The notes beneath the pieces are model-generated. The model was not told where the DNA came from. It made no database searches and saw only the letters and a program-made list of their open reading frames with translations. Source: Schizochytrium sp. TIO01 (lineage: Eukaryota > Protista > Bigyra: Labyrinthulomycetes). From it: a stretch of DNA of 64,000 nt. The position numbers and the translations under genes were made by a program. Below, piece after piece: positions 33,601 through 45,803 of the stretch (within the stretch, counting starts at the first letter, position 1; every line of letters begins with the position of its first letter). The stretch is from the NCBI GenBank assembly GCA_004764695.1, contig SMSO01000033.1, positions 1,984,001-2,048,000 on the forward strand, given 5' to 3'.

Positions 33601-36522
33601 GTTATATATTGCAGGCACAAATGAAGCAATAGAATAAATAATCTGTTGCTGATAGTTGCGTGGTCTATCGCAATGAACTGTAAGAAATTATAATTGTCTT
33701 CTGGTTATGAAATGTGCCAAATGTACAATCTTCAACGGACCGTCCCATCTATGAACACCTAATTCGCTGGGTTAGCGTGTTGACTTTTAGCAATCCTTTT
33801 TTTACTATACATTCCAGAACCCAAAACATTCAGAACTCCATATTGCTAGCTAGTAGAGATAGTCATATGCAAGATTAAAAATCGATTAGGTGTATCAGGA
33901 CCTCCAAACTATAGCCAATACCTCCAACATCCTATAACTAAGTATTTTAATTCGTAAAATCTTCACCCGCACCCAGTTTCGCTGGAAGTACATCACAGAA
34001 AAAACATCTACTCATATTTAAATAGCTTTTAGCTTCGTTTTGCTATTTGCATAGAAAACTCGATAGAAAGGTACAAATCTGAGGAAGCTTTACAAATACA
34101 TTACGCCTCAATTGAGTTTTAGCATGCTACTACATCTCTGAAATATCTTTAAGAAGCGAGCCGAGCTAAGCTGTTGAAAGAAACAGTGAGCTCAGAAGCA
34201 CCGGAAGATACAGACGAAGACTTGACCTAATCTAGACTTATGTTTTTATGTGTAACCCTCACGATGAAAGGTTCCTAAGTATCATGAAGGAGTGGCGCGT
34301 TTTTGTTGCGACACTCATGTGAGAGAAGTTTAGGGTCACAACATGCAACATAGGCTTTATTCCTAGTAATTGCTTTGAAATGAAGCTGTCTCCTGTCTTC
34401 AATCAACATAACCAAATCAAATTCTCGGCACAGACGATCAAATCCTCCAAGCTGGCATAACAACAAGTGATTTGAGATTTATGCAATTCTCATTTAAACT
34501 CATTATTACGATTCTTTTTTAGTCCGCAAAGTCTTGAATTACCCCAAACTTATACCGTACAGGGTACATTGAAGTTTTTGGTACATTGGTTTGCTCCAAA
34601 CAGGGTGAGCGATAGAAAATCTAATACTTAGATTGCAGGAGCCTTGATACTTGTGCTTTCGATGTACAAACATCCACGCAACTATTCATTATTTCGCTGG
34701 GTTCATACACAACACAAGAATGAGCGTATTGCTATAAATTTACAGGCCCATCTTATTGATCCGTGATCCTTTGGTGAGGATAGTTTGTAGAAAGGCCTCG
34801 CAATACGTAATCTTTTCGTAGTACTTAAGGACTAAAAGTTCTATACATTGGGTAGATATACAATCTAATTCTTCCACGCACTTAGCTGTCTACCAACTAT
34901 ATTTAGTGTATTATGCTCGAAGCGGAACGTTTCACTGTTCATTTAACTTAATAGAGCTTTTAGCTCTTCTTCGGATGGACTTGTTCATCTCTCTCGCGTT
35001 TGTTCTTCTAAGGAAGAACATGGAAATGTTCTCAGAATAAAATTCAGGTTATATTTAAAATATTGCTTTTGCAATTAATGCTTTGCTGAGAGCAACATGT
35101 GGAATGGCAAAATCATTGACAATACTTTACACGACTAAGGGTTGGAATACCAATATGTAAATATGTAAGTGTTCTAGTTGATAGCCTTCATGACCTTAAG
35201 CGATCGGCTGAATTTCTCGCTTGAGCATTATGCAGATTGAGGCTGGACGAAATCAGAACTAGTAGTTGAAGATCATTTGTAAAATTCGAAGACTTTGAGC
35301 TATCTTAAAAGCATGACGAGATCTAAGGTGCTTGGTGCATAAAATCTAGAATCTATGGAGTCCGCCATGACTCATTTTAATGTCAGAACATTGAGACAAA
35401 ACTCTTGATTGCCCTTAAGATTCTTCATTCATTCGCGCTCGAGATTTTGAGCTCATCTGCTTTGGTCAGCTGGTCTCTTGAGAAAGCCGCATCTTAATGA
35501 TGCAACTTGAGTATGTATTGCGACAATCTTGTTTGTATTTGTAGACTAAAGTAACAGGCAAGCAAAAAAAGATTTGCAATAGGGGTTTTACAAAATATGT
35601 TATGTTTCAATCCAAAGGCGATGGCAGGTGGGACGACATGTATAACGATTTGTGACTAACGACCCTACTTCATCAGTTCTTAGTACATGCCTCGTCCACG
35701 ACATATAATCTTTCCGAAAATGAGAGGTTTATGACTTTAGAAATAGCAATCGAGCTGCATCACTGCAGAACATTTTTTCCCCTTCTTGCTTGGTCTTCAA
35801 TCGGTATCTATCAGCACTCCTAAAGAGTTTATATTCAGGGATTTGCAGCTTGCTTTACAATAGAGCCACGTTGCGACCATTAACAATACACATCACATTC
35901 TTGATTAAAAGAAAACTTACCCTTATTTCCTTATTCAATGATCAACGACTTTTCAGGGTTTGATTTACAAAGTTCTCTAAGTTAAAGAGCCGCGTACTTG
36001 TCACAACTTTCTCGTAGGGTTTTCTGTTCTTGGTATAAATACAACGGCGAACCACTTTGATAGGTTTCTTGTACTCAGGTACTACCTAATGATTGTGCTT
36101 TTAAAATTTTAATGTTGATTTCAAAAGAACCTAGGCTAGGCCGAAAATAAAAATGATCTACTACCATGGAGTTGACATGTAGTCAAATACACTCAGCGAA
36201 GTAGATATCTTCTTTGTTTCTCTCTGGCAGTGGTGCGACAAGGCCGAGACGCAAGGTAAGCAGTAGTCACCTGACATCGCAGGACTCTTCAGAGGCGGGA
36301 AAGGCCTCTCTCGCTACCTTCCCCAGACTTCAGAATCACTCGCATTGAATTTATAGCTTCTGGATTTCCAAGGCGTCAGGGGCGCTTAGACGTCGCGAGT
36401 CAGCCATTGTGCCAGGTCATCTAGACATCCAACAACAACTTCTCTGGGATATCAAGAGCGTCCTGCAGAAGTTTGCTTCTTACGTAGACTGACGGCGCAA
36501 AGATTCCTCTGATCATCTCAAG

Positions 36523-38868
36523 ATGGCTACGCCCGTACCTACAATAGTGCATGGAGGCGGTCAGACGCGCACGCAAGCAGACTCCAGCAGCAAATACTTC
36601 GATACGAAGCGAGGTGAAGTGAATGACCTCAAGGCCTTGCTTAGAAACCAAACAGTTGAGCGCGACCCCCGAAGAAAACGCGAAGTTATCAAAAAAGTTA
36701 TTGCGTACATGACCCTAGGAATTGATGTTAGCTCACTTTTTGGAGAGGTTGTCATGGCAAGCGCAACGACGGACATTGTGCTCAAGAAGATGTGCTATCT
36801 CTTCTTGTCCACTTACGCTGCTAGCAACGAAGAGCTCGCCACTCTCTGTATCAATACTATGACACGTGACTGCCAGGATAGTGATCCTTTGGTTCGGGGT
36901 CTCGCGTTGCGCTCGCTCTCTTCACTAGGACTTAGCACAGTTACAGAGTATCTTCTCCCTGTGCTTCTTAAGGGTCTTAAAGACCATGCAGCTTATGTGC
37001 GCCGCAATGCTGTAGTAGCGGTCATTAAGCTTTACACTCTGGACAAAGGAGTAGTAATCGAAAATGGTCTTGTTGACCTTGTCACAAATATGCTTCGTGA
37101 CCCTGACCCGCAGGTCTCTGCCAGTTGCCTTATGGTCCTTGCAGAAATACAACTTGAACAGGGAGGTATTCATCTGGATAAAGATCTGGTGATCCATCTT
37201 CTCAACCGGATTCGGGACTACAATGAATGGGGACAAAGCTTTGTTCTCCATCTTCTTGCAAAGTACAAACCGGAATCAGAGGAGGAGACTTTCCAAATCA
37301 TGAATGTATTAGACGGCTGCCTCCGCGTAGCCAGTAGTGCGGTCGTCCTTGCAACCACAAAGATTTTCCTCTTCTACGCTGACTCTCTCCGCCACATTAA
37401 GGACCAGATTTATATGCGGCTAAAACAGCCCACTCTTACTCTGATGGCAAACCCGAGCCCAGAAATCCGCTACAGCGTGCTCAAGCACGTTGAGGTAATG
37501 GTTTCACGATGCCCGGGCATTTTTGATTCCGAGTTTAAACTTTTCTACCTCAACTACAACGAACCTTCTCCACTCAAATTCACCAAGCTCCGCATTCTTC
37601 CGCAGCTGACAAATGAAACAAACATTCACGAGCTTGTACATGAGCTTACTGAATATGTACAAGATGTGGATCCTGAGATATCCAAACGCGCAATCGTGGC
37701 TTTTGGGCGCATTGCTGTCAATATCCCAGGTGGTGCTGACGGAATAATCAACCAGCTGCTGGAGTTCATCTCTAACATTGATCTTGAGACAGTTCGAACA
37801 GAAGCGGTCGTTGTCATTAAGGATCTTCTTCGCAAGTATCCTGATCGTAGCACAGATGTGCTTCCAGCCCTGCCTCGCTGTCTTCGTCTTATCGAAAACC
37901 CAAAAGGAAAAGCTGCGGTGGTCTTTATGCTTGGCGAGTTTGGTGTAGATATGCGTCAAACACCATACTTGCTTGAGTCTCTTATTGAGACTTACGATGA
38001 CGAAGCCTCGGTAGAGGTAAAGGCTGCTCTCTTAACAGCTGTGATGAAAGTTTTCTTCCGCCGCGCACCCGAGGTCCATGCTATGCTCATTCAGCTGCTT
38101 ACCATCATGCTCAACGATACAAGTGACACAAACCTGCATGACCGGGCTCTCTTGTATTATCGTCTTTTGCGCCATGATGTTCAGGAGGCAAAACGTTGTG
38201 TGACTTGTCCCAAAGATCCAGTCACGGAGTTTGCTGAAGAGCGTCTTAGTGGTCTCAAACAACAACTCTTCGAGGAATTTAACACTCTGTCAATTCTCTA
38301 CGACCAACCTGCCGAGCAGTTTGTTGACGAAAAACATCTCGAAAACTCAGCCATGCCCACTCTTGGCTTTGCAGCTTCTGCAATGGCATCTCACCAGCAG
38401 CAGTCCCAGGCTCAAAGTTACGCCATAAACACACAGTCTTCATCTCACGGTGCAGCAAGTGATGATTTACTCGGCTGGAACCAGGGCGGAGCCAATCATG
38501 ACTCTAACGCACGCCAACCTTGGTCATTACAAGGAAATGTATCTCTGGATCAAGAAACATTCCAAGCTCAATGGGAGGCAAATGAGGCTGCTGCTAATTT
38601 GGATTTGTATCTTTCCTCGTGCCCTAGCGCAGAAGAGATTGAAAAATTAGCCTCTGACAACCGCATCTATTGCATGGCATCTGGTGACCTTGGCGATGCA
38701 CTCAAGTTCTTCTTTTTTGGACGGGATAGTAATAATGTGCTACACTTGGCTGAGGTTCAACTTGATAAAACATCTTGCCAGCTGACTGCCACTATCAAAA
38801 GTGAAGACCCAGCTGATGCGCAAACATTTGCAGACTCCTTCATGGCTAGTCTAGGCTCCCTTCTATAG
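36523..38868 (+). CDS. AP4B1: AP-4 adaptor complex beta subunit
   Basis: Adaptin N-terminal trunk ('KKVIAYMTLGIDVS', 'DPLVRGLALRSL', 'AYVRRNA', 'NEWGQ', 'IKDLLRKYP', 'DRALLYYRLL'). The ~780-aa length with a single C-terminal appendage subdomain fits beta-4 better than beta-1/2. Confidence 0.88.
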   Translation: MATPVPTIVHGGGQTRTQADSSSKYFDTKRGEVNDLKALLRNQTVERDPRRKREVIKKVIAYMTLGIDVSSLFGEVVMASATTDIVLKKMCYLFLSTYAASNEELATLCINTMTRDCQDSDPLVRGLALRSLSSLGLSTVTEYLLPVLLKGLKDHAAYVRRNAVVAVIKLYTLDKGVVIENGLVDLVTNMLRDPDPQVSASCLMVLAEIQLEQGGIHLDKDLVIHLLNRIRDYNEWGQSFVLHLLAKYKPESEEETFQIMNVLDGCLRVASSAVVLATTKIFLFYADSLRHIKDQIYMRLKQPTLTLMANPSPEIRYSVLKHVEVMVSRCPGIFDSEFKLFYLNYNEPSPLKFTKLRILPQLTNETNIHELVHELTEYVQDVDPEISKRAIVAFGRIAVNIPGGADGIINQLLEFISNIDLETVRTEAVVVIKDLLRKYPDRSTDVLPALPRCLRLIENPKGKAAVVFMLGEFGVDMRQTPYLLESLIETYDDEASVEVKAALLTAVMKVFFRRAPEVHAMLIQLLTIMLNDTSDTNLHDRALLYYRLLRHDVQEAKRCVTCPKDPVTEFAEERLSGLKQQLFEEFNTLSILYDQPAEQFVDEKHLENSAMPTLGFAASAMASHQQQSQAQSYAINTQSSSHGAASDDLLGWNQGGANHDSNARQPWSLQGNVSLDQETFQAQWEANEAAANLDLYLSSCPSAEEIEKLASDNRIYCMASGDLGDALKFFFFGRDSNNVLHLAEVQLDKTSCQLTATIKSEDPADAQTFADSFMASLGSLL

Positions 38869-39468
38869 ATGAGCATCATTTGCAGCGTTATCTAATATCC
38901 ATACACGCGTTATCAAATATTTCTCTATTTAGAGAAATCACCCTCACCTGTATCGAGATATATTTGAAATTTTATTTTGGTACTTACTCTCCCTACTTCT
39001 TTCCTGTTGCTTCTGGTTTGCAAAAGATTTCTTTTGTCGCTTACCTTCAAGTCCCCGACTAAAATACTTCTTTTGTTGTTGAATATGGACTAAATAAGAT
39101 TAACAGATGTTACGATAACGATAAATGACAACCGCCTTAATCCTCCTGTTAGCCATTCATCGCCTTATATGATTAATATAAAAATGGAAGACGTTCTCTA
39201 TCTTTTAATTCTAAATTTGTCTCGACCTTCCGTTTAGATTCTTTGTATTGATCTCAGGTCTAAGCGGATTTTCAAGGGAGAACCTATTGTAAATATGGAA
39301 TTATGAAGACGCAATTGTTCAATAATTTAATACCTGACCACGGATATATGGAGGAGCGCAATAGTCACTAAAAAACTAATATTGACATTTTACTACAACC
39401 ACAAAACGAAGCTAATGACTATTTCTTATTCTTTCATCACACATTTGTACAGGTGTACGAATTTTATC

Positions 39469-40380
39469 TTAGTTATTGAGCTGAGAAAACACTTCCAAGG
39501 CAACAGAAATAAAATCATCCTTTGTAACACATGCCGTGCCGTCTCTAGCTGTAGACGCGAGGCGAAGCAATTGTCGATGTGCGAGTTCGAGAGTTTCCTC
39601 TTGACTGGGGTAAGCATGCATCTTTGCCATGCTAGGATGTTTATGTGTGCTTGATGAATGGGCACCTGAGTGTTCGGGACAGTCAGTCTCTGAAAGTGTA
39701 AGTCCATCGTCGATTACAGATGAATCATAGTTGGCATCAGAGAGACCTTGGGTCCAGTCGATTCTCCCTAAAATTTTCAAAGCTCGTGGTACTTCAAGCC
39801 CTGCAGCACGCTCGCATTCATTTGAGTACGTCTCTTCAAGAACACTTCCAAGTTCGCGAAGGGCAAGGCCAGCACCAATGTGGCACATAAAGTCATTATA
39901 GGAGAGTACCTTGAGGGAGCCCATAGTCATTGGAGCTAGAGTGGACGCCGCGACTTTCTGAGTCGATTCTGGCAAATCTTTGCACAATTGGCGCAAGAGA
40001 CGACTGACGTCTTGCGCAAGTACACCAGGTGGGCGTGTTCGATTGCTGTCTTGTTCACTTGAACGAGCCTCAGCAAGAAGTAAAAAGGCTTCTGCTAACT
40101 TATCGTATAACACTGGACTCCGAACATCGCACTGAGTAACGAGCCGTTCTGCTTGTTCTAACAGTGTTTTATCGCCAAGCTTTTCTGCAAGGACATCAGC
40201 AAGAAAACCCGCTGCAATTGCGTCTTGATTCTCTTTCTCACAATGGCAATGTTGCGTGGTGTCGGGAGGCAGTGTAGTACCTGGAGGGCGACAAAGGGTT
40301 AGTTCGCAAACAGCCTCTTCTATGTACTGCGCGATGCCTTGCTTGGCCAAAAAGTTTTCTGCGCTTCGAAGGGATGCCAT
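39469..40380 (-). CDS. TPGS1/CSTPP1(C11orf49)-like tubulin polyglutamylase complex protein with an N-terminal docking/dimerisation helix pair
   Basis: 'ENFLAKQGIAQYIEEAVCEL' and 'LLRQLCKDLP..AASTL..LSYNDF' resemble remembered CSTPP1/TPGS1 motifs. First ATG is at 40380. Confidence 0.55.
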   Translation of the reverse strand: MASLRSAENFLAKQGIAQYIEEAVCELTLCRPPGTTLPPDTTQHCHCEKENQDAIAAGFLADVLAEKLGDKTLLEQAERLVTQCDVRSPVLYDKLAEAFLLLAEARSSEQDSNRTRPPGVLAQDVSRLLRQLCKDLPESTQKVAASTLAPMTMGSLKVLSYNDFMCHIGAGLALRELGSVLEETYSNECERAAGLEVPRALKILGRIDWTQGLSDANYDSSVIDDGLTLSETDCPEHSGAHSSSTHKHPSMAKMHAYPSQEETLELAHRQLLRLASTARDGTACVTKDDFISVALEVFSQLNN

Positions 40381-40556
40381 TTGTTGCTTCAAGGATAATT
40401 ACTGCTGAAGTTTACCTGAAGTTCACCGACTTGTCCCTCTTCGCAGATCTTTGGCGTTAGCCTACTTGCATTACTTGAACTTCGGGTTTGTTGATAATCT
40501 TGTCGTTGGTACTAACTAGTATTATCCTACTGATGTTATTATAATTTCTTCTAGCG

Positions 40557-40714
40557 CTGGTAGTGTTTAAAATAAAATATAAAACAAACAAAATCTATGT
40601 AGATAGGTTCTAGGCAGCAAGAGCAAGTAAAGAATGCAATCTAATTAGCCTAGTTCGGAAAGAAGAGTACGTCGTTCAAAAAAATAGGTAGCTGCTACCT
40701 TGGTAGCTACTTAC
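40557..40714 (-). other. Probable 5'UTR intron of the TPGS1/CSTPP1-like gene
   Basis: Minus-strand CAG|GTAAGT at 40714, GGCTAAT branch-like site near 40645, T-rich tract and CAG acceptor at 40557. Confidence 0.4.
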
Positions 40715-41442
40715 CTGCTTAGGAACTTCTGGGAATGAGCGATTTGTTTTGGCTTGAGTTATTACCCAAGTTAATTTTCTTTTTTGAAATTAATAATAAA
40801 ATAGTTAAGGAGTTACCTCTGACCATGAGAAAACCTACCTTGACCTTGAGCTAAAACAAGCACCCATCAGTGATCCTTGGGTAGAAGCAATAGCTGGGTA
40901 TAAGAGTATTCACTATGGTATCATGATCCCTTTTCTTGCGCTTCCCGCCTATAATGACTATATTCTTGTATATATATTTTTTTAAAAATCATATACGTGA
41001 CAAAGGGTTGTTATTTATATCCGGTGAGAGCCCAAAGCCAGACGCTCTCTTTTCACTGTCTGATTAAGATGAAACATACACTACTAGCGCAACAGCAGTA
41101 AACCGTAAATACGACCCTATTCTCTTTCAGCGATAGCGCTTTGCTAATGTTAATTTATCTGGCTGGCCATAGTGAACTAATTAAAGGTGTGTCCCCGGGT
41201 GTGCAACGAGAACAAAACCAAAGAACGTATTGTCATCAATTGCTCTGTTTCTTCATTTAAAACGTGAGAGAAAGACCACCTTATACATATAGCTGTGCCA
41301 AGCGCCAAGGCGCAAAACAACACCCGGGCTCGGAGCAGGCATTGTTGCCAGGCTACGAGAGGCTCAGTATTTCATTTGCTCTGAATTTGTTTCACTAAGG
41401 TGCTAGTTTCTCAAAGGAGTTCACCTCAAAACGGTCTCCTCG

Positions 41443-43500
41443 ATGCTTGTTCAAGGAGCCAAAGGCAATATATCGACCTCGCAACCATTAGTCACTAAGG
41501 AAACCAATGGGAGAAGCCTTGTTGCGCGGGGGGCTTCATGCAAGCGCAAAACTTCTCGAGCTCCTGCGTGTGCTCAGCTTGATGGTTTCCTCTTGCTCGA
41601 TGCATCTGGTGCGGAATACCCTGACGAAGCTAATATGGTTAAACTTGTTCAAAAAGGTCTAAAAGAAGTCATTCGAGAGGATCTTGTATACTATACTCAC
41701 TTGAGTATAGCTGACTTTGGCGAGAACGAGCTTAATATTGCAGATGTAAGTGCATCTTTCACTATTATTGAGAAAGTGAAAGGAGATATTATTTGGCGAT
41801 GGCAGTACTGACATGTTTATTGTTTCTTTTTTTGTTTAATCCTTTTTAACTTTTAGTTAACAAACTTGCACGCTGTCGAGGAACTGCGAATGCCAGATAA
41901 TAGGATGTGTGACATTTCGTGGCAGAGCGCTCGACCCTTTCCAGTTCTAACTGTATTAGATCTTTCATTCAATCAACTTTCAAGTGATGCTGTGAGTCAA
42001 CTTGCAGCCCTTGAACGTCTTCGCGAACTCGATCTCACCTGCAACGGGTTAACTCGCTTACCAGAAAATATGTGTGCTTTTGTGAATCTTGAACTTTTAA
42101 TGTTAAACAACAACCAAATCGGAGACTCTGAGAGCCTAAGGTGGGTATCTGAGGCGCCAAAACTTCGGGAGCTTGATCTGAGTAGAAATAAAGTAGCAAC
42201 AATTCCGCATGATGTTGACTTCGCAGCGCTCGAATGGCTCAGTCTTGTTGGAAATTTTATTGAGTCTCACGAAGATGTTGCTCCATTGTCTCAAGCGCCC
42301 GAGCTCGTTCAAGTTCTCCTTTACAACAACCCAATTACTACGACGGGGCGAAAAACACAGTCTTGCGGGAAAAACTTAAGCGAGGAACTTCATAGCGTAA
42401 ACAGATTCTCCTTTGGCGGGGCTTCCTCACGCTTAGAAACGAGAGAAGTTATCAATGTCGTCACTGACGCACCTTCGAAAGAAGCACCGAGGGTACCAAA
42501 AATGCGAGGACTCTATTCTGGGTTCAAAGTCACAAAGGTAGCAGAGCTTCGTATGTTGAATCCTCGTGAATGGAAAGAAAGGGGTCGTCAGCTACTTGAA
42601 GATCGAGAGTTTACTCCGGAATCACAAGTAGACGAGAATGAAGGCAAAATGATGGATGTGGATGCGGAAAGGAATCAAGACACTTCATCAGAGAGTGATG
42701 ACGAGCTAAGCGACACGAAAAGAATTTCAAATATTGAAAAGGAAGAGAAAATTTTGACTGAGGAGGAGGAGGGAAAGTATCAAGAAGAGGAAAAACGATC
42801 ACCAGCAAAGCCAAATAGTGTCTTTCTTACTGAACCGACCCTTCTTGAATCTGGGCCACAAACTACATTTACAGACATTCATCGGGAAAAGCCGATCGAC
42901 GACGAGGCACTTTGCGAGGAATTACATGGTCGAACTGTCTCAGAAGAATACCAAAAACCATTAGATGCATTGAATTTTACCATGGGAACTACTACCTCCC
43001 AGCTTCGTGCGCAGTTAGCTTTATTTCGCCCAATTCATGAATCAAGAGCGAATTTTCAACAAAGAAAAAACCCTGCTGCAGTTGCTACAGCAACCTCAGC
43101 ACTACGTTTTGCACTGCAACACCCACTCACATCGCATACTTCAGATCTTGGTACTGAGCCGGAAGATGAGGCAATGCTTAAATTGACACGGCAAACAAGC
43201 TCATCTCGCCTCAAAGTAAAGAGTTCTGCTGTTAAAAGATTAAGCAATACAGCAACAAGCAGAAACAAGATGCTTTTGCAGAATTCGGGTACTAAATCTG
43301 GCATCCGACCAAAGCCAAATCGAGAAGATAAACGGCTCATGGAAAGTATTGAAGCTGTTCTCAATCGCATGGACTTCAACAATGCAACTGCAGAGCAAAT
43401 CCGGTTACTTGATCAGGAAAGCACTGATTTAGATGAGTCAGAGCAAGCGGTTCATGGATTGATGACAATGGTGGACCAAGTGATGCGAGACTTCTCTTGA
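41443..43500 (+). CDS. XRRA1-like leucine-rich repeat protein, two exons (41443-41745, 41857-43500), 648 aa
   Basis: Splicing joins the 122-aa and 544-aa ORFs in frame (..ENELNIAD|LTNLHAVEEL..). 'LDGFLLL..', 'LTVLDLSFNQL' and 'LRELDLTCNGLTRLP' resemble XRRA1. Confidence 0.75.
41746..41856 (+). other. Spliceosomal GT-AG intron (111 nt, phase 0)
   Basis: Donor GTAAGT at 41746, branch TACTGAC at 41806-41812, polypyrimidine tract, TTTTAG ending at 41856. Removal skips the in-frame stop and restores the LRR register. Confidence 0.9.
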
Positions 43501-44030
43501 TTTCGACATTTGGCGACTTATTATCCCTATGATAGTAGGTCTTTTTGTGATTCTACTAGGAATTTGACTAGGCTAAAACTAGCACGTCAAGTTTTTGGGA
43601 TCATGGGAGGCCGCCAAAATCTAAAATCTCGTCCAGCTCCTTACCTTTGCCTAACTATCGAAGCTTGAAATGCTGCAACTTAAAGATCAGAACTACTTTC
43701 TCGGTATCCAACTGCTATTACACCAAGTACTAGGTACGTAACTCTATATTTGATTGCTTGATATATTCGAAACTTATTCTTTCTGTGTTATAATAAAAGC
43801 ATATATAGACTAATATTTAATTAAAAGTATTCTTTCCCTCTCTTCCTCTATCTTGTTTTCCCTCGGCGATTATTTGCGAGGGTGTGTGCATGTACCTAGT
43901 AATAACGTTAGGTAGGTACTACCCTACCTACCTCTTTGCAAGAGGAGCTCTAGACCCAGTTCGTTCGCCTGAGCCAGCAAACATCGGAAAAGTAGAGCGC
44001 AGAGTGTTGCTCGCAACGCAGAACACATAA

Positions 44031-45326
44031 ATGTCGCATAAACCTGTGTCAACGACAACACCTGAGTCTTATGCTGCCTACCAGCGCAAAATAAAGGAAG
44101 ACGAGCGCAGGGCTAAGGAACACGCAAAGGCAATGCATGCAGCCAAAGTTGCCAAAGCACGTGCCGCACGATACAACTTGACGCTGCGTGCAAACGAACT
44201 GAAAAAGGCGCGAGAACAGGCCAAAGCCGAAGCTGAGGCAAAGCTCAAAGGTGAAGATGTTGCAACTATGGAGGACGCTAGTGCTAAGCGCAAATCTCTT
44301 GTGAAAAGTGTATCAAAACGTTTTTCTCAAGGAGTGCAGTCCTTGCGACAAAGCTTTGGTCGGCAACATACGGCAGCATCAAAGGACGAGAATCAACCCT
44401 TGCAAGGACTGGTCTCTCAAGACGGTGATGTTGTACAAGAGAATGCCGCTCAGATTTTGCCCAATGCTGCAATGGATCCACCTAGAGCAGAAATTCCCTC
44501 CACAGTACGAGAATCTCACCGTATGTCGTCTTTGCAAGGCAGTTTTCGCAGCAAAAGAAGTGACCTAGAGGAAGATGGTGCTAATGCGCGGAGTTCTAAA
44601 GCAAATTCTATCAGAAAAAGTGTCTCTTCAAATAAGAATGAGACAGTTGAAAAACATCAATCGAAAAATTCGCGAAAGAGTAGCAGGAAAAGCAGCAGAG
44701 TTTCGCTACGTAAGAGCCTCAACAAAAACAAAAATGACTTGTCAGCAGCAGCGCCAGGATCACAGAAAGGTATCAGCTCTGAAACTTCTCAAGATTTTGT
44801 TAAAGATGAACACGAAGATGAAGAGGAAGGTGCAAGTAATGATGGTGCTGCGGACGACCACGACGATGAAGATGATGACGATGACGATGGAGAGGTGGTG
44901 CTTTGGATGGGGGAGCTAGCACATGCACTGGAGCAGCAGGAGGCACATGAGATTAATGCTGCAATTCTTACAGCATTTCTTTCTGAGCTTGCCCCCGCAA
45001 GGGTTGACGAAGTAGAAGACCTTCTTGCTGAATACAAGGGAAGGGAAGAAGAACTTTTCAATGACCTAGCAAGACAGTATCCAGTTTCTCCGGAGAACCA
45101 TCGTCAGGTTAATGATAAAACCTTCCGTGCTTTAGGAGCAGCGATTCCAGACGAAGCCGGCGAAGGCTCTGAGGAAGATGGCTACATTTTAAGTATGATG
45201 GGAGATCAATATGGCAAGTGGGCAGCAAACATCCAGAGCCACATTTTACGGCAACGAATGCTCCGAGCTGGAGCCTCTAAAGAAGATGTAGATGCAGTGA
45301 TGAATAATCGTTCTGAGATGATTTAA
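44031..45326 (+). CDS. Hypothetical protein: N-terminal coiled coil, basic and acidic tracts, C-terminal small helical motif
   Basis: 431-aa ATG ORF with coding-like composition. 'LTAFLSELAPARVDEVEDLLAEYKGREEELFNDLARQY' is a short motif I recall from protist proteins. Confidence 0.75.
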   Translation: MSHKPVSTTTPESYAAYQRKIKEDERRAKEHAKAMHAAKVAKARAARYNLTLRANELKKAREQAKAEAEAKLKGEDVATMEDASAKRKSLVKSVSKRFSQGVQSLRQSFGRQHTAASKDENQPLQGLVSQDGDVVQENAAQILPNAAMDPPRAEIPSTVRESHRMSSLQGSFRSKRSDLEEDGANARSSKANSIRKSVSSNKNETVEKHQSKNSRKSSRKSSRVSLRKSLNKNKNDLSAAAPGSQKGISSETSQDFVKDEHEDEEEGASNDGAADDHDDEDDDDDDGEVVLWMGELAHALEQQEAHEINAAILTAFLSELAPARVDEVEDLLAEYKGREEELFNDLARQYPVSPENHRQVNDKTFRALGAAIPDEAGEGSEEDGYILSMMGDQYGKWAANIQSHILRQRMLRAGASKEDVDAVMNNRSEMI

Positions 45327-45803
45327 ACTGTTGAAGTTTCTCTATTTTCTGTTTTTTCATTTCTTATGTGTCCTCACGTTGCAAAACAAAGTATCTTTCC
45401 TATACTCCTAAAATGCTCGTCATGATGCACTTGACTAGATATATAATGGCTCCGTGGCACTTATATCTTACTTTGTGAGTAGAGCTTGGGGTATGAGATG
45501 CGCTTGCTATACAACTATATATGTGTAAAACCATACATTGGTTTGATTTGAAAGCTATCATTCAGAATTAATCAAGTATCAACTTGTTATTTGGGGTGAG
45601 AATGGGAGATTTAAAAAGTTGAAAGACAAAACATTATAATCGGACAAAAATAGCAGGGGCACCTAGTACAAGTAGTAGCTGTGCAGTTGCGCAGTATACA
45701 AATTAATTTTGTGAATAAAGGATAACGTGCTTCAAATTCACCTGTTTTTTCGTCATTTCTTTCCAAGACCACGAGTTCCACTAGAATCCTTGTTATATGT
45801 CTC

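Noticed and set aside
33100-35900. Possible transposon or viral relic in the ORF-poor interval
   Set aside because: I found no transposase, reverse transcriptase, integrase or capsid motifs and no LTR/TIR pair by eye.
36256-36282. 27-nt GTAAGC..CCTGAC..CGCAG mini-intron upstream of AP4B1
   Set aside because: Much shorter than the supported 111-nt intron and lacks a pyrimidine tract. The donor may be real with another acceptor, but this cannot be supported.
40708-40718. TACTTACCTG resembling the U1 snRNA 5' end
   Set aside because: No downstream U1 stem-loops or Sm site; better explained as a minus-strand splice donor.
41443-41811. 122-aa ORF as a separate gene
   Set aside because: It is exon 1 of the XRRA1-like gene read through into the intron.
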